DNA from: a virus
Taxonomy: Duplodnaviria > Caudoviricetes
Length of the DNA: 36,879 nt
IMG/VR virus record: IMGVR_UViG_3300028400_000018
Span: 1-36,879 of that record
Strand: one strand, 5' to 3'
Of the stretch, positions 1 to 7,621 are shown piece by piece. The notes beneath the pieces are model-generated. The model saw nothing but the letters and a program-made list of their open reading frames with translations, made no database searches and was not told where the DNA came from. Position 1 is the stretch's first letter. Every line of letters begins with the position of its first letter. The position numbers and the translations under genes were made by a program.

Positions 1-146
1 GCAAGACTCGTGAACCCGGCTGGATGCGCGACCCGGTGGTGCCGACTTATCCCCCCACCACCCCCCTGCGGTCCGCCATCATTTTCTTTTTGCTGTTCAT
101 CGCCCCGATTATCGTGGGCTTACTTTGACCACACGCCACACACACA
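1..146. repeat. Terminal direct repeat, left copy (circular assembly overlap)
   Basis: 1-146 matches 36734-36879 with 3 mismatches near the right end (127, 144, 146). Confidence 0.95.
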
Positions 147-156
147 GGAGGCAATC

Positions 157-516
157 ATGAGCAAGAAACCCATCGCCTACCAACGTACCCTCAATCGGGT
201 GGGTTCCGTCGTCGAATCCGTCATCGGTTATCATCCGCCCCTGAACCAACTCACCTACATGCTAGCTTACTGGCGAGCTGAGGACCTGCGGGAATCTGTC
301 AACGACATGACCCCTGAGGAAGCCAACGAGGCCATTGCTGATTTCTTGCTGGAGACAGCCAATCAGCCCAACGAGGAACACTTCATCTTGCCCATCGCCC
401 GGGAGTTCCTGGAGAAACATGAGGAAATCCCGGATGAAGTGGATGAATGGGTCCGGGACTATTTTAAGCCCGCCGCCATTACTGCCATTCCTCGCCCCCC
501 GACCCCCATCGAGTAA
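157..516 (+). CDS. Early hypothetical protein, acidic (119 aa, MSKKPIAY...)
   Basis: ATG at 157 preceded by CACACAGGAGG; upstream extension of track ORF 10..516 overlaps another gene. Confidence 0.8.
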   Translation: MSKKPIAYQRTLNRVGSVVESVIGYHPPLNQLTYMLAYWRAEDLRESVNDMTPEEANEAIADFLLETANQPNEEHFILPIAREFLEKHEEIPDEVDEWVRDYFKPAAITAIPRPPTPIE

Positions 517-522
517 CAGGGG

Positions 523-551
523 TTGACAGCGTCCCCCGGCTGTGGTACACT
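523..551 (+). promoter_or_regulatory. Sigma70 promoter with extended -10
   Basis: TTGACA-17 nt-TACACT with TGTG upstream of -10. Confidence 0.85.
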
Positions 552-590
552 AGTCCCATCGCCCCTATGCGGGCATACACAGGAGGCAAC

Positions 591-1448
591 ATGAGCAAGC
601 ACACATTAAACCCGGTCATAGACCTTGATCGATGGCACGACCTCCAACTCCACCCCCTTTGCGAGGTGTTCCCGCCCTCCGCAGAGGAAGACTATCAGGA
701 GTTGGTGAAGTCCATGCACGAGCAGGGCTACCATTCCTCGGACCCCATCGTGTTGATTGATGTCGCCGACGAGGATTCCCCCGACAAGGAATTCCAGATT
801 CTGGATGGAAGGAACCGCTATCTAGCGGCGATGGATGCCAAAGTCACCCCATCCTTTGTAGAGTACGTGGGTGAAGACCCTCTGGCATTCGTGACCGCCC
901 GCAACCTCGCTCGGCGACACCTGACCACCGGCCAGAAAGCGGCACTCGCTGCCTCCCTTGCTGGTCTTCAGCCGGGGCAGAATGCCCATTCCCCCACCGA
1001 CATCACTCAGCCCGAAGCTGCAAAGAAGGTGGGCGTGGGCGAAGCCACAGTCAGGCGATACAAGAAGCTCGAACGCGAGCATCCTGAGCTTGCCGAGGCT
1101 GTGAAGCGAGGGGAAATGACCCTGGAGCAGGCCCGCAAGAAGGCAGAGGAACCCCCACCCGCGAAGTCCAAGCGAGAGGAACTCGCCGAGAAAGCCCTAC
1201 GGAAGAAGCAGGAGAGGGAAGCCGCCAAGGCAGCCAAGGAATCCTCCCCTGCTGGTTCCACGGAACCTATCAAGCCCAAGGAATCTCCAGCAGCCCGGAT
1301 GCACGAGGAAGCGAACTCGCGATTGAAGGACATCGTCGAGGCCATCGCCATCGAGCACAAGGTGCCGGAGGAACTTCGCCCCGCCCTGCTGTCCGTCGCC
1401 GCCCGCGCCTATTTGCTGGGACGGGAAGTGGCAAAACAGGAAGACTGA
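591..1448 (+). CDS. ParB/Srx-like N-terminal domain protein with HTH
   Basis: LHPLCEVFP and ILDGRNRY ParB-type motifs, NLARRHLT, HTH TQPEAAKKVGVGEATVRRY; RBS ACACAGGAGG. Confidence 0.8.
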   Translation: MSKHTLNPVIDLDRWHDLQLHPLCEVFPPSAEEDYQELVKSMHEQGYHSSDPIVLIDVADEDSPDKEFQILDGRNRYLAAMDAKVTPSFVEYVGEDPLAFVTARNLARRHLTTGQKAALAASLAGLQPGQNAHSPTDITQPEAAKKVGVGEATVRRYKKLEREHPELAEAVKRGEMTLEQARKKAEEPPPAKSKREELAEKALRKKQEREAAKAAKESSPAGSTEPIKPKESPAARMHEEANSRLKDIVEAIAIEHKVPEELRPALLSVAARAYLLGREVAKQED

Positions 1449-1454
1449 AATCCC

Positions 1455-1468
1455 AGCCATGGACGGCT
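1455..1468 (+). promoter_or_regulatory. ANGGA-loop hairpin (CsrA/RsmA-like), copy 1
   Basis: AGCC-ATGGAC-GGCT just after stop codon. Confidence 0.55.
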
Positions 1469-1491
1469 TAACCTCAACATAGGAGAAACCA

Positions 1492-1671
1492 ATGAAAAAT
1501 GACATGATAGAAATGAAAGCATGGGAATGTACTGATTGTGGTTACGTCCTGTCCGACATTTCATATAGAGAGGCGAAGTATAATTACCTTTGTCCCCGGT
1601 GTGGCCATGTCCACATTCGGGATTTTAAGAGGATATCATGGTTTTCTGCGGTAGGGGATAGTAATGAATGA
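1492..1671 (+). CDS. Small zinc-ribbon protein (59 aa; not in ORF track)
   Basis: Hand translation MKNDMIEMKAWECTDCGY...LCPRCGH; two CxxC; RBS AGGAG; ATGA overlap with next gene. Confidence 0.75.
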   Translation: MKNDMIEMKAWECTDCGYVLSDISYREAKYNYLCPRCGHVHIRDFKRISWFSAVGDSNE

Positions 1672-1922
1672 GATACCCGACTCCTGAAACTCATCGAACG
1701 ATAAGTAATCGTGAATGGAGATTCCTTGACCTCAAGGGCCATCCCAACTCTATTGCCGTAATGCAGCCCGACGGTAAAGAGTATGGGTATTACTTCCTGC
1801 CCGACGAAGAAAACGGAGTGTGGGGAGTATACGACGGGTGCGGAGTGAGAATACCGAATCTTACCCTTGTACCCAAGCTGATAGTAGTTAAACCTAACCC
1901 ACACACAGGAGAAGACAAATGA
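1668..1922 (+). CDS. Hypothetical protein
   Basis: ORF coupled by ATGA overlaps on both sides. Confidence 0.7.
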   Translation: MRYPTPETHRTISNREWRFLDLKGHPNSIAVMQPDGKEYGYYFLPDEENGVWGVYDGCGVRIPNLTLVPKLIVVKPNPHTGEDK

Positions 1923-2287
1923 GCGTAATTTATACATTTGATGCTAACGCTTCTGAAGAAAAAGTAAAAAAATGGCTAAGTGAAGTCAATGAGGAGATAC
2001 AAGCTATTCTCATTAATAGTGAGAAATTAAACAACTCCATGCACATTGTCTTCAATCCAAAATTAAAGGCAATAATAATTGGCACCAACAACGGCGATAA
2101 ATTAATTGAGGGTACCAAAAGCCCTGTCGATTCTTTGTTGGTTATGTTGATGCTGGCCTCAATGTTAGATGCTTATGATATTCGTATCCTGCAGACGATA
2201 GCTGAAAAGGCGATTAAAAAGCAGGAAACAATGAACATAAAGGATCTAATGAGCAGGATCATAAGCACTAACGATATCATCAATTAG
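1919..2287 (+). CDS. Hypothetical protein (AT-rich gene)
   Basis: RBS ACACACAGGAG; 122 aa ORF. Confidence 0.75.
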   Translation: MSVIYTFDANASEEKVKKWLSEVNEEIQAILINSEKLNNSMHIVFNPKLKAIIIGTNNGDKLIEGTKSPVDSLLVMLMLASMLDAYDIRILQTIAEKAIKKQETMNIKDLMSRIISTNDIIN

Positions 2288-2315
2288 CTCGATCAGCTGA
2301 TCGGGGGAACATATC

Positions 2316-2344
2316 TTGACGGATGACCGGAGATGTGCTATACT
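2316..2344 (+). promoter_or_regulatory. Sigma70 promoter preceded by GATC palindrome
   Basis: TTGACG-17-TATACT, TGTG extension; CGATCAGCTGATCG at 2290-2303. Confidence 0.8.
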
Positions 2345-2368
2345 CCCTCTACGATATAGGAGACGGAC

Positions 2369-2578
2369 ATGATCCAGCCCATCAACATTCATTGGTTCCC
2401 GAGCAGCGAGCAGGTGTTTGCTGTTCTACGGCGAATGATGCACGATGGTTGGGTTCCGTCTCAAGAGCATCGCGGACTGGTGCATGGCGGTTATGTCGTG
2501 CGTCCGGTCCGCACCACCCCCAGCAACTCATACACTGGTGTTGCTTTATTCAACCTAAAGGAGAAAGACCATGAGTGA
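2369..2578 (+). CDS. Hypothetical protein
   Basis: RBS AGGAG downstream of promoter; overlaps next start. Confidence 0.6.
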   Translation: MIQPINIHWFPSSEQVFAVLRRMMHDGWVPSQEHRGLVHGGYVVRPVRTTPSNSYTGVALFNLKEKDHE

Positions 2579-3077
2579 CAAAAATGAAACCCAAGCCCAG
2601 ACCGAAGACCATGAGCCGTTGGTAAAGGTGGACCGCACCAAGTACCAGAAGGGTCGCTCCCCTGCCGGCAAGACCAGCCTGAACAACGGCGACGACGTTG
2701 CACAGACGCTGGAAGGCCTCTCTGCCGAGGACATCTACGCTATCACCGAGAAGCTCAAGGGCTTCTACCCCACGAAGGCCAAGGGCAAGACGGCGGAGAG
2801 TGTGGACGAACTGCGTGAACTGTACAAGCCCCTCAACATCGGCATGCAACGCATGAACCTCGGCAACAAGATCCGGACCTGGGTACGCAAGCGTGACGAG
2901 GAGGTTGCCAAGGCCGAGGCCGAAGGCAAGAAGCCCCCGATGCCGGGTCTGGAAGCTCTGCAGAAGGCTGCCGCCCCGTTCCGCAAGGAACTGGAGCGTC
3001 GTATCAAGGAGGAGGAGAAGGCCAAGGCCGAACGCGCCAAAAAGAAGGAGGCCGACGCTGGCGAAAAGGCCGCGTAA
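2571..3077 (+). CDS. Hypothetical phage protein, paralog of 35286..35717
   Basis: NNGDDVA...L and LNIGMQRMNLGNKIR motifs shared with paralog; RBS AAGGAG. Confidence 0.85.
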   Translation: MSDKNETQAQTEDHEPLVKVDRTKYQKGRSPAGKTSLNNGDDVAQTLEGLSAEDIYAITEKLKGFYPTKAKGKTAESVDELRELYKPLNIGMQRMNLGNKIRTWVRKRDEEVAKAEAEGKKPPMPGLEALQKAAAPFRKELERRIKEEEKAKAERAKKKEADAGEKAA

Positions 3078-3096
3078 GCGGTCGCTAACCCGGAAA

Positions 3097-3132
3097 ACCC
3101 CGTCCCCCGGCATGTTGCTGGGGGTTACGGGG
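3097..3132 (+). other. Long GC-rich intergenic hairpin (processing or pause site)
   Basis: CCCCGT-CCCCCGGCA-tgt-TGCTGGGGG-tt-ACGGGG; no U-tract. Confidence 0.45.
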
Positions 3133-3158
3133 AATCCATATCACACAGGAGCATAAAC

Positions 3159-3347
3159 ATGTTTGACAAGTATCGCATTGCCTTTACCATCGACCCGTCC
3201 ACACAGATGATGGCCCTTGCACGTGCCATAGCCTCGGTCAACGGGCAAGATGTCAGAATCGAGGTCGAATCCGACTCTCCTCTGCGAGACGGCAACGTCA
3301 TATTTATTGACCAGACTGAAATCCGTGAACTGGAGGACAACCAATGA
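3159..3347 (+). CDS. Hypothetical protein
   Basis: RBS CACACAGGAG; 62 aa. Confidence 0.75.
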   Translation: MFDKYRIAFTIDPSTQMMALARAIASVNGQDVRIEVESDSPLRDGNVIFIDQTEIRELEDNQ

Positions 3348-3520
3348 GCATCTTAATGCTGAAATCCCTGGGTATTCTGTTCTTCATCATGTTTATCTAT
3401 TATTCCCTCATGCGCTTTGCTGCCCATGACCATCGGGAATCGGTAGGTATTGCTGCAATCGCAACAGGAGTGACTGTCATCACAGTCATCATCCTGATTA
3501 TTCTGGTCGAAGGTGATTAA
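3344..3520 (+). CDS. Small 2-TM membrane protein (58 aa; not in ORF track)
   Basis: Hand translation MSILMLKSLGILFFIMFIYYSLMRF...GIAAIATGVTVITVIILIILVEGD; RBS GGAGG; ATGA coupling. Confidence 0.7.
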   Translation: MSILMLKSLGILFFIMFIYYSLMRFAAHDHRESVGIAAIATGVTVITVIILIILVEGD

Positions 3521-3521
3521 T

Positions 3522-3740
3522 ATGAGGAGCAAATTCGAGATACGACCGTTCAATGTTCGTCACCCGGTGGCCGTTTTCCCCACTATCGAGCTTGCAGTGA
3601 AAGCTATCCGCGATGGAGGATTCTCAGATGACTGGCATATGTTCGAGGTTACTCCATTCTTTGGTAGGCGTATGGATTACGGTACCATCGCTGATATCCG
3701 TAAAAGAATTGAAGAATACGAGGACTGGGACAATGGTTGA
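3522..3740 (+). CDS. Hypothetical protein
   Basis: ATG right after the upstream stop; in frame with track ORF 3513..3740. Confidence 0.65.
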   Translation: MRSKFEIRPFNVRHPVAVFPTIELAVKAIRDGGFSDDWHMFEVTPFFGRRMDYGTIADIRKRIEEYEDWDNG

Positions 3741-3924
3741 AAAATTGCATATCAAAATCGAAATATACGACGATAAGGATGGGAAACTGCTGTTCGAGGG
3801 GAGCATGGAAAAAGCCAAGATACTGTATGAGGCTCTCGGTGGAATACTAGGGGAAGAAAAACAAGAATTATATACCAATCCTCGTTTTACCCCTAACATA
3901 GTAAGAGGGAAAAATGATGACTGA
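3733..3924 (+). CDS. Hypothetical protein (MVEKLHIKIE...)
   Basis: Internal ATG of track ORF 3613..3924 with GAGGA RBS; tiles the operon. Confidence 0.65.
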   Translation: MVEKLHIKIEIYDDKDGKLLFEGSMEKAKILYEALGGILGEEKQELYTNPRFTPNIVRGKNDD

Positions 3925-4291
3925 AATAGTGAAACGAGTGATAATGGAAAAAAGCCCCAGATCGTACAAGATTGAAGGAATATTACCGGGGATATGTATA
4001 GATTTCATTGAAACTATGTTTGGTCACCCCGCCCCGATGTACATAGCATTTACTATGTCCACTGCTCCTATTATTGGTACTGTGCACGGTAAACTAATTC
4101 ATGTTGATGGCATTAAATATCTAATAACAGGAGTAGATAAATGGGACAGTGTTGTGCATGAACACCCAAGACATCTATATCCTACGATGTCGCGTATATT
4201 GGAAAAGTTTGCCGGTGACCATGGTATCGATATCAAGCGAGATGGGATATATTATTCCATCATGGAGTGGAGGGTAAAAGATGAGCGCTGA
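3914..4291 (+). CDS. Hypothetical protein
   Basis: 125 aa ORF with GAGGGG RBS; tiles the operon. Confidence 0.65.
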   Translation: MMTEIVKRVIMEKSPRSYKIEGILPGICIDFIETMFGHPAPMYIAFTMSTAPIIGTVHGKLIHVDGIKYLITGVDKWDSVVHEHPRHLYPTMSRILEKFAGDHGIDIKRDGIYYSIMEWRVKDER

Positions 4292-6023
4292 GGTGGGACG
4301 AGCAAATGGCGGATATTACATCCGCATTCCATATCATGACCGGTTCCGGGCGAAGGAAACACCCGGCGTCCGATGGGACAACAACTCCAAGCTATGGAGG
4401 GTGAACGCGAACGAAGCTTCTACCCTCTATTTGCTGGAGCACTTCGAACGAGAGGAATTCACGGAAGAAGCCTGGGAGACGGCACAGGCCATCTACAGAG
4501 AAAAGCGTAGCAGGGAGATAATGAAGTTCCCCCGCGACTATCCATTCAAGACTCAGCCCCGGCCCTACCAGTGGGACGCCCTGGACAAGGCATATGGCAT
4601 GCGGGAGTTCGCGCTGTTCATGGAAATGCGGACCGGTAAGAGCTTCGTCAACATATCTCTTGCTGGTCAGTATTGCCTGCAAGGAGACATCGACCGGTGG
4701 CTTATTATCCTCTTCCCCGGAGCCATCAAGTCCACGTGGAAGATTCAGATAGAGGAACACATGTCGCCTGCTGTGGAGTACGACATACTGTTGTATTCTG
4801 CCGGTGATGCTCTCAAGGTTAAACGGATGATGAAAAACCACGACCGGTTGCAGATTCTGGTGGTCGGTATCGAGTCGCTCGCAAACGGAATAGCCCGTGA
4901 ACTGGTGGTAGAGTTTGCCCAATCTGGTAAATGCCTGACCACTATCGACGAGTCCACCTGCATCAAAAATCCGAAGATACTGACCAAAGGAAGGAAGAAG
5001 ACCCGTACCGCCATTTGCTATGACGCGGGCGACGAGTCCAGATATCGACTGATTCTGACCGGTACGCCCCTGACGCAGGGAATAGAGGACCTGTACTCAC
5101 AGTACCGGTTCCTTAATTGGCAGATAATCGGTGAGAAATCATTCTTTACCTTTAAACGGGAATACTGTATCACAGAGTCGGTGCCCATTGGCAGAGGAAA
5201 GTTTGCCGATAAAATTGTCGGATATCGGAATGTGGACAAGCTCCTGCGGAAAGTGATGCCCTACACCTACCAAATATCGACCGAGGAAGCCACCGGCATT
5301 CCGGATGAGGTAAGGGAGACACTGGTAGTAGAACCCAGCAAGGAGCAGAAGAAGATGCTGGAGGAACTGGGTGACCCTTATGAAATGGCGACAGTCTATG
5401 AGGATGAGGAACTGGTGGTTGAAACTGTACTGGAGCGCATGACCCGTTATCAGCAGATAGTGGGGGGAAACTTCCCATACGAGGAAGGAAGGGACGACAA
5501 GGGACGGAAGATATGGAAGACCCGCCCAATTGCTGCTATCACGCCCAAGCTGGAAGCATTAAAGGGCGTAATCGAGACTCTGCCCGACGACCAGAAGGTT
5601 ATCATCTGGGCAAGATTTATACCTGAAATCGACCGTATAGCGGACCATTTGCATGACCTCGGACGTGGGGATTATATCGTGTTCAAGGGCGGGATGTCCG
5701 ACGAGGAGCGGGAATCCGCGCAGCGAAGATTCATGGACCCTGCCGGTCCCCGGTTCTGGGTAGCCACTCAGCAGGCATCGGCCAGAGGAGTTGAGCTTGC
5801 TACGGCGTCGGTCCATATCTTCTATTCCTGCTCGTTCAGCTATGACGACCGCAAGCAAGCAGAAATGCGGACTTCCTCCTCGCACCAGAAGGCCAAGTCC
5901 ATCCTGTATGTGGACATTGTCATGAATCACAAGATAGATAAGCAAATCTATGATGCACTGGCCCATAAGCGAAACGTAGCAGAATCGGTCATCGAGGAAA
6001 TGAAGAGACTTAGATCGATCTGA
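4281..6023 (+). CDS. SNF2-like SF2 helicase/ATPase
   Basis: PRPYQ Q-motif, EMRTGKS (I), IDEST (II), LTGTP (III), KVIIWARF (IV), ARGVEL (V); motif VI atypical. Confidence 0.9.
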   Translation: MSAEVGRANGGYYIRIPYHDRFRAKETPGVRWDNNSKLWRVNANEASTLYLLEHFEREEFTEEAWETAQAIYREKRSREIMKFPRDYPFKTQPRPYQWDALDKAYGMREFALFMEMRTGKSFVNISLAGQYCLQGDIDRWLIILFPGAIKSTWKIQIEEHMSPAVEYDILLYSAGDALKVKRMMKNHDRLQILVVGIESLANGIARELVVEFAQSGKCLTTIDESTCIKNPKILTKGRKKTRTAICYDAGDESRYRLILTGTPLTQGIEDLYSQYRFLNWQIIGEKSFFTFKREYCITESVPIGRGKFADKIVGYRNVDKLLRKVMPYTYQISTEEATGIPDEVRETLVVEPSKEQKKMLEELGDPYEMATVYEDEELVVETVLERMTRYQQIVGGNFPYEEGRDDKGRKIWKTRPIAAITPKLEALKGVIETLPDDQKVIIWARFIPEIDRIADHLHDLGRGDYIVFKGGMSDEERESAQRRFMDPAGPRFWVATQQASARGVELATASVHIFYSCSFSYDDRKQAEMRTSSSHQKAKSILYVDIVMNHKIDKQIYDALAHKRNVAESVIEEMKRLRSI

Positions 6024-6029
6024 TCGATC

Positions 6030-6058
6030 TTGACGCCAGACGTCCGGTGTGGTATACT
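6030..6058 (+). promoter_or_regulatory. Sigma70 promoter of replication operon with abutting GATC palindrome
   Basis: TTGACG-17-TATACT; AGATCGATC-T-GATCGATCT at 6012-6030. Confidence 0.85.
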
Positions 6059-6090
6059 ATAGGTTCGAGACATACACAGGAGGCACAACC

Positions 6091-6519
6091 ATGGAAACCA
6101 TGGGCAAAGAAGAGTTGGAGAGTTTGGGCGTCAAGGCCCTGGCCCTCCGCATGCGTCAACTCAAGGACCGGATTGACGAACTCAGCAAGGAGAAGACTTC
6201 CATGCAGAAGGAGTTCGATTTGATCCGAAAGTCCTTGCTTCCCGAGAGGATGGAGGATGAGGGTATCCAGAACCTCACACTCAAGGGCATCGGTCGCGTT
6301 TCCCTGCGACCCGAGCTTTATGTCTCCATCCCCGCCGACTCCAAACCCCTTGCCTATGAATGGTTGAAGGAACACGGGTATGCGTCCCTCGTGACACCAT
6401 ACGTGCAGCCTTCGACCCTGAAGGCATGGGCCAAGGAGCAGATCGAACACGGCGTCGAATTGCCGGAAGATCTGTTTGTCGTGTCGCCCTACACGATGGC
6501 GACCATAACCAAAGCATAA
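6091..6519 (+). CDS. Conserved-type phage replication-module protein (N-terminal coiled coil)
   Basis: RBS ACACAGGAGG; LPERMEDEGI...WLKEHG...VQPSTLKAW pattern typical of small genes upstream of SSB in such modules. Confidence 0.75.
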   Translation: METMGKEELESLGVKALALRMRQLKDRIDELSKEKTSMQKEFDLIRKSLLPERMEDEGIQNLTLKGIGRVSLRPELYVSIPADSKPLAYEWLKEHGYASLVTPYVQPSTLKAWAKEQIEHGVELPEDLFVVSPYTMATITKA

Positions 6520-6536
6520 AGAGAGGAGAACCAACG

Positions 6537-7319
6537 ATGACAAAAGCAATGGCAAAGAAGAAAGAGCAGGAACTGGCATTCACCAAAGAGCGACCGGACT
6601 GGCTCCCTGCAGAGTCCGCCCGTGGACAGGAGAACGTGTCCGTAGAGGACCTCGCCCTGCCGCGAGTGGACGTGATTCAGGACCTGTCCCCGCAGCGTAA
6701 GAAGAACGACCCGGCCTACATCGAGGGCGCGGATTCCGGTATGTTGTTCAACACGGTGACCGGTACTCTGTACGGCGAATCTGTGCAATTCATCCCGGTC
6801 TACTTCCGCAAGGAGTGGTTGATTTGGAAGGCACAGGATGCGGGCGGCGGTCTGGTTGGTGTCTTTGCTACCAAGGAAGAGGCCGAAGATTTCTTCCGCT
6901 CCGAGGGCCTGGACAAGCAGACCTACACCGACAGCAAGGGCAACGAATACCCGATGTACGAAATCGTGGACCACGCCAACCACTTCGGTATCGTCATCGG
7001 TCCCGAAGGTCCGGAGGAGGTCGTGGTTTCGATGTCCAAGTCCAAGATGAAGATCAGCCGGCAACTCAACACGCTGGTCAAGATGGCCGGAGGCGACCGG
7101 TTCAGCCGGGTCTATGAACTCTCTGCTGTTGAGGACCAGAACAAGCAGGGGCAGACCTACTACAACTTTAAGATTCGCCAGCTGGGTTATGTCACGGAAG
7201 AACTGTACAAGCTCGGCGAGCGGATGTACGAGTCAATCTCGTCTTCCGACAAAAAGGTGGCCTATGAGTCGGTTTCTCCTGTGTCCGACGAAGAGGTTAC
7301 CGAGGAAGACGAGTTCTAA
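6537..7319 (+). CDS. Putative ssDNA-binding protein
   Basis: DLALPRVDVIQDLSPQ...G.LFNTVT pattern; acidic tail ending EEDEF; position before polymerase. Confidence 0.65.
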   Translation: MTKAMAKKKEQELAFTKERPDWLPAESARGQENVSVEDLALPRVDVIQDLSPQRKKNDPAYIEGADSGMLFNTVTGTLYGESVQFIPVYFRKEWLIWKAQDAGGGLVGVFATKEEAEDFFRSEGLDKQTYTDSKGNEYPMYEIVDHANHFGIVIGPEGPEEVVVSMSKSKMKISRQLNTLVKMAGGDRFSRVYELSAVEDQNKQGQTYYNFKIRQLGYVTEELYKLGERMYESISSSDKKVAYESVSPVSDEEVTEEDEF

Positions 7320-7334
7320 CAACTCCCACCCTTC

Positions 7335-7358
7335 GGGCCAAGGATGGCCCATCTTTTT
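7335..7358 (+). promoter_or_regulatory. ANGGA-loop hairpin, copy 2, followed by T-tract (possible terminator)
   Basis: GGGCCA-AGGA-TGGCCC-atc-TTTTT. Confidence 0.6.
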
Positions 7359-7378
7359 AACTGTAGAGGCAGACTGTT

Positions 7379-7621
7379 ATGGCATATGAACGCAAGCCCG
7401 GAACGGGCGTCCTTTTCAAGAATCAACGTCGGAAGACTGACCGGCACCCTCACTATACTGGCACATGGTACGGCGAGGACGGCAATGATTACTGGCTGTC
7501 AGCATGGATTAACGAATCAGTCAAGGGCGAGAAATACATGACCCTTGCACTGGGCGGAGTCAAAGAACAAAAGCAGGAAGCGGCACCTGCTGCGGACTTT
7601 GACAACGACGTACCATTCTAA
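7379..7621 (+). CDS. Small SSB-like (DUF736-like) protein
   Basis: GVLFKN..K...HP.YTG and YWLSAW motifs; C-terminus DFDNDVPF resembles bacterial SSB tail. Confidence 0.7.
   Translation: MAYERKPGTGVLFKNQRRKTDRHPHYTGTWYGEDGNDYWLSAWINESVKGEKYMTLALGGVKEQKQEAAPAADFDNDVPF

Noticed and set aside
10-156. N-terminal extension of ORF 10..516
   Set aside because: Overlaps the junction-spanning membrane gene; the strong RBS points to ATG 157
591-1448. Plasmid-prophage partition system or temperate lifestyle
   Set aside because: No ParA, integrase or repressor cassette seen; lone ParB-like domains are common in lytic phages
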